From Cetorhinus maximus (Eukaryota), in contig NC_135897.1 of NCBI RefSeq assembly GCF_964194155.1, forward strand, positions 84,320,001 to 84,384,000: 64,000 bases of DNA, written 5' to 3'. Made by a program: the position numbers and the translations under genes. The notes below the pieces were generated by a model. The model saw only the letters and a list, made by a program, of their open reading frames with translations, searched no databases and was not told where the DNA came from. Shown in pieces: positions 35,621 through 46,172 of the stretch; the first letter of the stretch is position 1, and each line of letters begins with the position of its first letter.

Positions 35621-38158
35621 ATATAGACAGGTAAAGTGAGTGGGCAAAAATTTAGCAGTTTAACTACTGCTTGGGAATATGTGAACTTGTCCATTTTGGC
35701 AGGAAGCATAGAAAAGCAGTATACTATTTAAATGGAGAGAGATTGCAGAATTCGGTAGTACAGAGGGATCTGGGTGTCCTGGTACATGAATCACAAAAAG
35801 TTAGTATGCATGTACAGCAAGTGATTAGGAAGGCAAATGCAATGTTGGTTTTTATTGCAAGGGAAATGGAATGTAAAAGTAGAGAAATTTTACTGCAGCT
35901 GTACAGGGCCTTAGACCACATCTGGAGCACCGTATACAATTTTGGTCTCCTTATTTGAAAAAGGATATAATTGCATGAGAAGCAGTTCAGAGAAGGTTCA
36001 CTTGACTCATTCCTGGGATGAAGGGCTTAACTTATGAAGACAGGCTGAACAGTTTGGGCCTTTACCCATTGTAACTTAGAAGAATGTGAGGTGATCCTTT
36101 TGAAACACATAAGATCCTGAGGCGACTTAATAGGGTGGATACTGAGAGAATGTTTCCTCTTGCAGGGGAGACCAGAACTAGGGGACACAGTTTAAAAATA
36201 AGAGGCCTCCCTTTTAAGACTGAGATGAGGAGAAATCTTTTCCCTCAGAGGATTGATAGTATGTGGAATTCAGATTTTTGATAGACAAGGGAGTCAAGTC
36301 TTATGGGAGGGCAGACAGGAAAGCGGAGTTGAGATCACAGTCAGATCAGCCATGATCTTATTGAATGGTGGAGCAGGCTTGAGGGGCTGAATGGCCTACT
36401 CCTGCTCCTAAGTCCCATGCTCCAAAGTAAAAAAGCTACTGCTGTGGGAAAGCAGGGTGAACTGTTTTGTGTAAACAAACAAGCAGGATGCTTGTGAGAG
36501 TTTGGTTTCTGTTCAAAAGAATGGCATAAGAACAGACTTGGCCTGAAGATTTAAGGAATGGGGAGTCGTCTTGATGTGCCTTGTTGGCGATAATTGTATC
36601 TGGTAAACTTGAATAGGGAGTGGAGCGATTGTTGAAGGGCACTGGAAATTTTGGCTTGGCGGGGGGAAGTGAATCACTGCTGGAGAGCTGGGAGTGACTG
36701 TGGGATTGTCCTTGTAATATTACATATCTGTCAGATGTGAGGTGTTGCGTAAAGACATAAAATATATCTCAGATGTGTTAGTAAATGCAAAATGTACCTT
36801 TTTTAGTTTGATGTATTAGTTGCTGGTCAAATGAATGTTTGACTCACGTTGATGTTAATTTGTTATAGTAAAAGTCTTAAAAATCTTGTCCACCGGTTTA
36901 TTTCTGTTGGCAGTTTGGGAAATTTGTCTCTTTTTAATAGGTTATCGGACCCTACAATGATTGCAAACCTATATGCATCATCCCTAGGCAAAGGAGTAGA
37001 ATAAGTACAATGCAAATAACAAAGGAAACATGTACCATTGTCTGCTGAAAGAACAATGTAAATAACAATCCCTTCCTTAAAAATGATGCTACATAATCTT
37101 ATTGAAAGACACTGAAAGATTTAACTGCATTTGATTTAGTTCTTCATCAACTTCTAAGCAAATGTAAGAGCATGTTAGTTCTTGTTTCACACTGAAATGT
37201 GTGGACATGTTGTTTGGGAAGTAGGTGATTGTTCTATCTTTATCCAGGCTAGTTTGCTGAAATGAGAACGTCTCCCTGTTTTAATTTGAAGAATATCTAT
37301 TTATTTTGAATGGCTGCAGGGCTCCTGAGTGAGAGGATCACCCTCCAAACGGACTCCTTTGTCAATGCAAGTGTTCACACACACCAACGGCCAATTTCCA
37401 CTGAATGTACAGAACGGCAGTCAGGTGACAAAACTGCTAGCACTCAACGTAATCAGAAGAATTCTCTATGATATTTGCTGTATTTGTCCCTCCCTCTCTC
37501 CCAATTTTCTGATCACTTAACTGAACATATTGACCTAAAACAGTCTATCTCATTCTCCAGGTATTAACAAAACGTCTCATTAAGATTAAACACTGAGGCT
37601 GTATGTTGCTATATTTCCCTAACACGGTAATGTTATATATTATACAGGAATCAACTGTGGACACTGTTTCATGTATGGGGTCAGCTGTACTTCTTCAGTG
37701 TGTACTCAGTGAGAGCTTTTATTGAACTGACCTTAAGATGTCTGTCTCCAGAGGCAGAGTGCCTCATGGCAGAGCCCATGAATGTGGCAAGCCAGTTAGT
37801 CAGTACAGCATTACATTTCCAAAACTCAAACAGACACAATGAAGCATGAATTTTCCTGATCAGAATGCTTCAGTCAGCTTATAACAAAATCAGATGAAGC
37901 AATGAAGTTAGCAGACTAACTTAATTCATTTCAATGTTGTTTTGTGGGACTTTGGCCACTGTTTCTGACAAGTTGACAAAAGTGTGACAATACTTCAAAA
38001 AAAGCATCACTCTGATGTAATTGTTCAATAGGCGCTCCATAAATTCAATGCCTTCATTCTTCCCATTCCCCCATCATTATTTTTTGAGCAGATCATGATG
38101 TTGTTACTGATTCCTTTGACAGCAAGGGCAGGTTCGAGGCAATTTTGTAAGATTGGTG

Positions 38159-39214
38159 TTAATTTCGATCACACTGTTGAATTGCAGTCGGTTCATCGAG
38201 TACAGTTTGTGAAGGGTGAGTTTGTAAAGACTGATCATTGTGTGAATCATTGTCCTTTGAGTTTCTCTCCAGGCCCAACTTTGACCTAAATGCCTTGCAA
38301 AACAGAAAGTAGATCACTGGATCAAGGCAGGCGTTAAGCGATGACAGCACAACTGCAGATTCTTTAAAGTGGTAAAGAGTCTTTTTCCAAAAACATCCAG
38401 TGATGACATTAATCTGACTTAAAATGTAAGGAAGCCTTGCGATGTGGTAGGGAACGAAACAGACTAAGAAGACAGTAAGGAGGATGAGGATGTTGTTCTT
38501 TGCCTTGGCTTGCTTTTTGAGTGAGCTTGGAGATGGGGATTTGTCAAGACGTTTTGCAGTTTGAAAGTAAAAGAAGCAAAGCCCTATTAGCACGCAGAGA
38601 AACAGAACTGTGCCTCCAGCATGGAGGAATATATGCCAGGTAATTCCCTTACCACTTCTAAATCCTAAGCATGTTTCTTTTGTACTATTCTGGGCTGGCT
38701 TTTTCCCTGACAGGAACATGTATGAAACTCCAAGGCTGAGAAGTACACACCAGGTTCCAATGGAGACAATTCTTGCAGACTTGACAGTTTGAAATGCATA
38801 TATTTTCAATGGTTTGACAATTTTCAGGTATCTAGTGGCCGCAATGTATCCCAGGAAGAGAATGCTTGAGTACATGTTCAAATAGAAGATGCAAGTCACA
38901 AAATTGCAGTAGGTTTTTCTCAGCGTTATGGAGCTCACCTTGTTTCCTCCGATGATTTTTATAGGCAGTGAGAGGACCAGCAAGAAATCGGCTATGACCA
39001 GGTTCTTTAAATAGATGATGATGCTGTTGCGGTTGGGAACGTGATAGAAGTAGACCCAGAAAGCCAGGCTGTTGAGAATGATTCCAACGACACAAATTAA
39101 CGAATAGGCAGTAATTGTAAATGTTATAAAACCATCAGAAGAAAACTGGCAAACGATGTTGCCAGAGGAATTTGTGTTTGAGCTGATCTCGATGCTTGCT
39201 GTAGGGTCAGCCAT
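38159..39214 (-). CDS. P2Y purinoceptor 14-like GPCR, copy A (351 aa)
   Basis: Seven TM segments; IYLKNLVIADFL, FYLNMYSSILFLG, ATRY in place of DRY, CFVPYHIARLPY, KES, NACLDPVIY. Splice acceptor AG at 39224-39223, 8 nt before the ATG. Exact orthology to P2RY14 is not established. Confidence 0.9.
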   Translation of the reverse strand: MADPTASIEISSNTNSSGNIVCQFSSDGFITFTITAYSLICVVGIILNSLAFWVYFYHVPNRNSIIIYLKNLVIADFLLVLSLPIKIIGGNKVSSITLRKTYCNFVTCIFYLNMYSSILFLGYIAATRYLKIVKPLKIYAFQTVKSARIVSIGTWCVLLSLGVSYMFLSGKKPAQNSTKETCLGFRSGKGITWHIFLHAGGTVLFLCVLIGLCFFYFQTAKRLDKSPSPSSLKKQAKAKNNILILLTVFLVCFVPYHIARLPYILSQINVITGCFWKKTLYHFKESAVVLSSLNACLDPVIYFLFCKAFRSKLGLERNSKDNDSHNDQSLQTHPSQTVLDEPTAIQQCDRN

Positions 39215-39222
39215 CGGTACAT

Positions 39223-40035
39223 CTGAATGTTAAAGTAGAATATGTTACTTTTCTAGAAAGGTGTCACATAGCAATTTGCTAAAAGAGGCAATGCTTGAAA
39301 AGTGGAAGTGCTGGGTGGGAGATTCAGTATTTTAATCAAATACTTATCATTTGATAGCTGGTTGTTGATGTATTTTACATCCACTATGGAATATTAGAAG
39401 TGCAACAGCAAATCATGACAACAAACTTGATGTGCTTTGCGTTAAATCAAACAATGGTTTTCCTCTGGGAAAGGCATTTAGCACTGCCCATCTTTACCTT
39501 TGATATATCACTTTGTCGCAACATTGCAGAATTTATGTAACTACAGTTTGAAGACTTGGAGCTTGTTCACCTTGAGAGAAGGAGCTTGCATTTATATAGC
39601 ACCTTTCATAAATTCAGGATATCCCAAATCAACTTACAGCTAACGAAGTACTTTTGAAGTGTAGTCACTGTTGTAATTTCTGAAAAGTGGGAACAAAGTT
39701 CCATAAACAGTAGTGCATCCAAAACATCAATGTTGAATGTTCTGGATTTCTTGTTTTGGATTCTGGTAAATGAATCATAATTATTGATTGCTATTAGTTA
39801 CTGATGAATCAGTAACTGTCACAAAGTGCATGAGGGAAACTCTACTGGCATAGATTATCAGCTCCTGACTTGGACTCATTTCCTGCTATCTGCATGTCTT
39901 TTTTTATTTAAAAAAAAGCTTCAAAATTTGGAAATTTTAAATAAAAACTGTAAATACCAATAATATGTGAAATTTATCTATTACCTGCTGCCCCCCCCAC
40001 CCCCCCCCCCGCCTCCCCCAATTAGATTCATTTAC
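39223..40035 (-). other. Putative 5'-UTR intron of copy A (equivalent in copy C is ~60630-61711)
   Basis: Acceptor ACATTCAG is conserved in all three copies. Donor AAG|GTAAAT at 40036/40035 aligns with AGG|GTGAAT at 61712/61711. Confidence 0.5.
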
Positions 40036-40234
40036 CTTAAAGGAGCCTGTTTATCTTCTAGGTCTAACAACGGATTCACAGGTAAATGCTATTGCGTTTG
40101 AAGGCACTGATAAACCTGCTGCATTTTTCCAGCACAATCTGTTTCCCTCCCTGTTTCTTTTGTTGTAATTGTCTGTGATTAAGCAAATCATTTTCTAGTT
40201 ATGTGACAGTTTCAGGGGCTTCACAGAAGAGTGT

Positions 40235-40330
40235 TTTCAGGAAATGTACGAAACAGCAAGGCAGACATTTCCAAACTGAGGAAGGGAGTTACGCAACTGA
40301 CTCTTTTAATTATGTGTGACTAATTCTCCA
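40235..40330 (-). promoter_or_regulatory. Candidate promoter of copy A (C/EBP-, AP-1- and ETS-like motifs); paralogous block at ~61900-61990
   Basis: GAGGAAG at 40278, GTTACGCAAC at 40288-40297, then TGACTC and TGACTAA, about 250 bp upstream of the putative donor. Confidence 0.4.
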
Positions 40331-41344
40331 AACCTGGTCATTGGTTCTTGTACTGAACGCTAGATTATTAATTGAATTGTTAAGAGGGAAAGATGTAAGG
40401 TTTTGATTTTGGTGGCAGGTATTTAACAAAATTTACTTCAAAACCATGACCTAATGTTTCTTTCCTGAAATTTCTGTTCAAAAACCTACTTTTGTTGAAA
40501 CAAAAGTCAGAATTTGCATTTATCTGATGCCTTTTCCTTTTATACGATTGCACCATAAGTACAAAAGCACCCGGGGGTTATGTGCTGAAGTGCCTGGAGT
40601 TGGACTTGAGCCCATGTATGACCTTTTGTCTCTAACGCGATAGTGCACGCACTAAGTCAAGGTGGACTCCTTGTTGTTATAGAACAAGCTAACCATAGAC
40701 ATCACCACTTCAGAGGGAAGATTTCTTTAATGGCAAATACCTGATAAAATTCCACACTCGTTTAAGAGAGTTACTGTCCACTGACACTTCCTCACAATGT
40801 TTAAATGGTATCAAACCTAAATGCCTGGAAGACAACAAAACAGAGCGCAGTGATCACTGACGTGGTTAAAATGAATGTGTATATGCACATCTTCGAGTTC
40901 ATTGCTAATCTGGATTTAGTTCAACATACCTTTGAGAGCGTTACATCAGATACCTTCAAGTGCAAAGAGACACTTGGATGTGAAAAATCTTTCTGGAGAG
41001 GTAGAATGAAGTTCTGAAGGAATAACTATTCTCAACCTGACACAGATGATCACTGTATATATAATCCCACAAAGAGAAAGGAAAAGTCACCTACCTGACT
41101 GAAAGTGTTTGATGTGGTATTACTCTGTGCCCTGCACGGTCAAGAGTTTCTTGCAGCGATACTGGACTGAAGTCATATGCGCAAAATGTTTTCTCATCCT
41201 CATGATATCGGTAAATTTGTGGTGTTCAGCATTTCCTTTAACGAGAAGTGGCAAGAATTGAGATGAATAGTCAAGTGCAATAGTTCGACTCAGAGCAGCA
41301 TTGTGACTTTGAGTAATGCTGTTGTACAACAGGAAATAGGGTGT

Positions 41345-43240
41345 TTTTTAAAAAAAATATTCTTTCATGGGACATGGGCATTGCTGGAAAGATCAGCTTT
41401 TGTTGCCCATCCCTATTTACTCTTGAACTGACTGGCTTTCTAGGACATTTCAGAGGGCAGTTAAGAGTCAACCTGGAGTAACATGTAGGCTCATAGACGT
41501 TTACAGCATAGAAGGAGGCCATTCGGCCCATCATGTGTGCGCCGGTCAACAAAGACCTGACTGCATTAATCCCATTTTCCAGCGCTTAGCCCATAGGCCT
41601 GGAGACTATGGCAATGCAAGTAAATATCTAAATACTTCTTAAATGTTACGAGAGTTTCTGACTCAACCACCTTTTCAGGCAGTGAGTTCCAGACTCCCAC
41701 CACCATCTTAGCCTTCGACCTCTTACCTTAAATCTGTTCCCCTGGTTATTGGCCCCACTATAATGGAAAAAGTGCTGCCTTATCCACCCTATCTATGCCC
41801 CTCATGATCTAACATACCTCTATCAGGGCCCCTCTCAACCTTCATTGCTCCAAGGAGAACAGAAACATCTCTCTACCATCACTCTCTGCCTCCTGCCTCT
41901 CAGCCAATTTTGGATCCAACATGTCACTTTGCCTTGGATCCCATGGGCTCTAACTTTCTTGACCTGTCTGCCATGAGGGACCTTTTCAAAAGCCTTGCTA
42001 AAGTCCATGTAGACCACATCAAATGCATTACCCTCATCAACACTCCTAGTTACCTCCTCAAAAAAATTTGATCAAATTTGTCAAGCACGATCTTCCCTCA
42101 ACAAATCCGTGCTGACTATCCCTGATTAATCTATGTCTCTCCAAATGCAGATATATTCTGTCCCTCAGAATCCTTTCTAGTAACTTCCCCACTGCAGAGG
42201 TTAGACTGACTGGCCTGTAATTTCCTGGTCTGTCCCATCCTCCCTTTTTTAATAATGGGACAATGCTTGCAGTCCTCCAGTCCTCTGGCACCTCAACTGT
42301 GGCCAGAGAGGATTTGAAAATTACTGCCTGGGCCCCTGATATCGCTTCCCTTGCCTCCCTCAACAGACCGGGATACATCTCATCCGGACCTGCGGATTTA
42401 TTCACTGTTAAGGCCACCAGTACCTCCCCTCCCTCTATGTTAATTTCCTCTAATATTTCACAGTCCTCCACCCTGATGTCAATGTCTGCGTCGTCCTTTT
42501 CCATTATGAAGACCGATGCAAAGTGTCCATTGAGGACTGTACCCATGTCTTCTGGGTCCACACACAGATTACCTCTATGGTCGCTAATTGGCCCTACTCT
42601 TTCCCTAATTACTCTTTTGCTCTTTATATCTTTATTCTACTCACCAATGCTTTCTCATGCACTCTCTTAGCTTTCCTAATTTCCTTTTTAAGTTCCCCTC
42701 TGCACCCTTTATACTACTCTGCTGTATTGAGCCCTCGGCATCTGCCATAAGCTTCTCTTTTTCTCTTAATCCTAACCTTTATGTCCCTTGGCATCTAGGG
42801 TTCTCCAGCCTTGGCCCCCCCACTTTGTCTTTATGGGAACATATTTGCCCTGTACTCTTGCTATTTCCTCTTTGAATGCCTCCCACTGCTCTGACACAGT
42901 TTTATCTGCAAGTAGTTGCTCCCAGCCCACTTGAGCCAAATCGTACCCCATCTTAGTAAAATTAGCCTTTCCCCAGTTTAGAAGGGGTTCGCCAGTTGAG
43001 TAGGACTAACCAGGTAAGGATGGCATATTTCCTTTCCTAAAGGACATTAGTGAACCAGATGGGGTTTTATGAAAATTGGTGATAGCTTCATGGTCACCAT
43101 CACTGAGACTAGATTTATTAATTAATTGAATTTAAATTCCAATAATTGCCTTGGTGGGATTTGAACCCTTGTCCCCAGAGCATTAGCCAAGCTTCTAGAT
43201 TACTAGTTCAGTGATGTTACCACTATGCCACTGTCTCCCC
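41345..43240 (-). mobile_element. tRNA-derived SINE split by a CR1 insertion (tail 41345-41490, head 43001-43240)
   Basis: The two halves join to reconstruct the 25040-25416 SINE; GTAGG occurs at both junctions. Confidence 0.85.
41492..42990 (-). mobile_element. Internally deleted CR1 LINE fragment
   Basis: KSAGPDEMYPGLLREA, GNYRPVSLTS, VYMDFSKAFEKVPHGR and a CR1 3' tail at 41492. Confidence 0.9.
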
Positions 43241-43285
43241 ATCAGATCTAATGATTTACAGATCTAACGATGCACTGTAGAGTTT

Positions 43286-43288
<3 letters not shown>

Positions 43289-43324
<36 letters not shown>

Positions 43325-43334
43325 TGTCTGTGTG
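43289..43334. repeat. (TG)n microsatellite; paralogous tracts at ~54994-55015 and 63255-63283
   Basis: Direct TG dinucleotide run at the same position in all three duplication units. Confidence 0.9.
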
Positions 43335-45923
43335 CGCTTTTCATATCACACCTCAGTTTTGAACATTTGATTGCCAAATTTGAAGTTACACAGCAACCTG
43401 GGCCAGCTTGGTTAGTCTACACTTGGAGTTCTGGTCTCCATGTGGCATCAGTGTTAAGGAGGCACTGTGAGAAGGTACAAAAAGGCTTCAGAAGGATGGT
43501 ACCAGAACTGAGGATATAATTATCAACAAAAGGCTGAAGAAGCTCAAACGTTTTTCTCAGGAAAAGAAAAGGTGAAGAGTAATTTGGTAGGGGCCTTTAA
43601 GATTATAAAAAAAAAAGTTTGATAGATTAAAAGTGGAAAGAAATGCTGCTTTTTTTTTAAACGTGTCTAAAGAGTTACGAAAGTTGGGTTGAGGTTGAAC
43701 AATGTGACTTAAAACAAACAAAACCTCACGTTTTGTGGTAGGCCTGTACATCATTGCGTATACTGGAATTGAGTAGAATTAGACTGGGTCCTGCTTATTA
43801 TGACATTTGTGGCTTGGATTGGAGCCCTGGTGCCCCTCGTTCTCTGCCCCTCCCTGGAGTTGTACTGCACCCTCTCCTCCTGTAAGGAGAGAAGGCAGAG
43901 GATTACAAGAGTGTGAAATAGATTGTGTGGAGAAGGAGGAAGGATGCCATTTTGTGGAGGGTGACCGTGACACAGGAGTGAGGTGGCACATGATAAGGGC
44001 GTGAGTGTTGGCTGGTCAAATTGTGGATTGTGGAAAGGTGTCAGGATAGAGGGCAATGAATGGAGCTACAAGGTACGTTGGTCTGAGTAGTGTTATATAA
44101 GAGAATGCTGAAGAAGTGAGTGTGTGGGGTTTGGCACCTGGAAGTGTTTTGCCACGTTTTTTTCTCACCCTCCTGAGGTCCTAGATCCTCTTACAACATT
44201 GTCTCCAGGTTCGAGGGATTACGCTCCTCCTGCAGACTCCCCAAGCCTTCTCCATTCACAGCTACTTGGTGGGAGAGGCCGGTCTCATCTTTGTCAAGGA
44301 TTGGAGAAAACACCTCACTGAAACCTGTCAGAACCCACAGCACGACCTCCAGGTAAGATTCCAAGACCCTAAGGGGTAGCCTCCCCAGGTTTTCTTTATG
44401 TTTCTATGATTGCTGAAGCCAATATCAGGATATCACAGCAGAGGGTCGCACCTGTGTACCTATTGTCATGAATGCTGAACTTCACAAGATGAATATGTTT
44501 TAAAACATCCCATTTAACTTTAGGTAAGACAGAACATTTTCTGAAATGGTGGGGGGTGGGGTGGGGGTGACTGGTGGTCAGGGTGAATTCCAGATAAATG
44601 CCACAGTTTGGAGAAATGCCCATGTGATCCAGTTGTCTTGGGGAGAGAAACTGAAGTAGAAACCCATTGAAGTGGGGTGGCTGTTTTAGCACCTTTTCTC
44701 ATTATCTCACAGCAAAGGATAGCCGCTATATGAGATTCCCAAACAGAGCAGCTACCTCTGTGGGAAATCAGGGTGAACTGTTTCATATTAACAACCAAGC
44801 AGGATGCTTGTGAGAGTTCGTTTCTGCTTAAAAGAAAGGGAGTAGAACAGACTTGGCTTTTGAAGATTTAATGAATGGGCGTGGTCTTGATGTGTCTTGC
44901 TGGTGATGATAGGAACCAGAAAACTTGAACATGAAGTGGAGGGATTGTTGAAAGACCCGAGAAGTTTCGTTCTGGTGTGACGGGGTGAAATGAATTTTTG
45001 CTAGCAAGCTGGCAGTGAGTGTGGGATTGTTCCTGTAATGCTACACATCTGTCAGAACTGAGGTGTGTGTAAAAGCATTTCAGGAAACATATTTCGGTTT
45101 TATTAGTAAATGCGAAAGATACCTTTTCTCTTTAGTTTGATGTATTAGTTGTTTGTCAGTTAATGTTTGATCTTTACTGATTTTGGTTTGTTACAGCAAA
45201 ACTCTTAAGTGAAATCTTGTCCACCGGTTTATTTCTGTTGGTAATTTGGGCAATCTGTCTCTCTTTGAAAAGAAAAAGATTGTAATCCTATCATGCATCA
45301 TCCCTAGGCAAAGGAGTAAATAAGTAGAATGCAAATAATAATGGAAACATGCACCATTGTTCACCAAAAGAACAGTATAAATTGTTGGGAAGGTGTTGGT
45401 TACAGAATTTTTTGTCTTAGAGAAGTCTTTGTAGTCTTTAGTAGGCTAACTGTAAGTCTTTATTTACAAGTAGAACTATTTACAAATGTACGGTAAAGGG
45501 GACAGGCTAGTAGCTATCTCCATGTTAAGTTCTTTACATGTCTCTGCTGAACACCACACTGACCTCTGGGTCTGGGTCATGTGCTTTTTTACATCACTGT
45601 GTGTGTGGTACTGCACTCAGTCCCACATTAACCCTTTATGTGCCATACCCTTAAACTACACCTCCCACCAAGTCTTTATCCAATGGATATGGAGTTACAC
45701 TGATTTACTTCATGACTTACATTGTTATCAGTCTCATAGATTTACATCTCATAGATTTACATTGTTGTTACCACTTTATTAGTATTGTGGCATTATTGCT
45801 ATAACTGTATTATCATTATTACAACATTCTCACTACCAAGGCTCCCCCGCTTCAAGTCCTTGAAGTTACATGTTCAGGCAGTCTGGCAGCCTTATAATGC
45901 TTGCACATCCCATTTACCATTCT

Positions 45924-46172
45924 CAACAAAAACAAAAACAGAATTACCTGGAAAAACTCAGCAGGTCTGGCAGCATCGGTGGAGAAGAAAAGAGTTGACG
46001 TTTCGAGTCCAATGACCCTTCAACAGTTCTGTTGAAGGGTCATTGGACTCGAAACGTCAACTCTTTTCTTCTCCACCAATGCTGCCAGACCTGCTGAGTT
46101 TTTCCAGGTAATTCTGTTTTTGTTTTTGTTTATGATTTCCAGCATCCGCAGTAGTTTTTTGTTTTTATCTCT
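45924..46172 (+). mobile_element. Fold-back PLE derivative nested in the Gypsy element
   Basis: Near-perfect ~100-bp inverted arms centred at 46027-46028; 14-bp TSD CCATTTACCATTCT at 45910-45923 and 46173-46186. Confidence 0.92.
46025..46062 (+). ncRNA. Minimal type-I hammerhead motif with GUC cleavage triplet (CUGUUGA core variant)
   Basis: AGTT-CTGTTGA-A-GGGTC-ATTG-GACTC-GAAAC-GTC-AACT. Confidence 0.75.

Larger units (their letters stand above)
28570..36425 (+). mobile_element. Outer CR1 LINE (5'-truncated ORF2) split into three parts: 28570-30108, 34661-34789, 35621-36425
   Basis: IIMGDFN, PDGLHPRVLKE and NYRPISL motifs. The frame rejoins across both inserts (GSVLGP|QLFTIY and LQRD|IDR). 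Confidence 0.9.
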
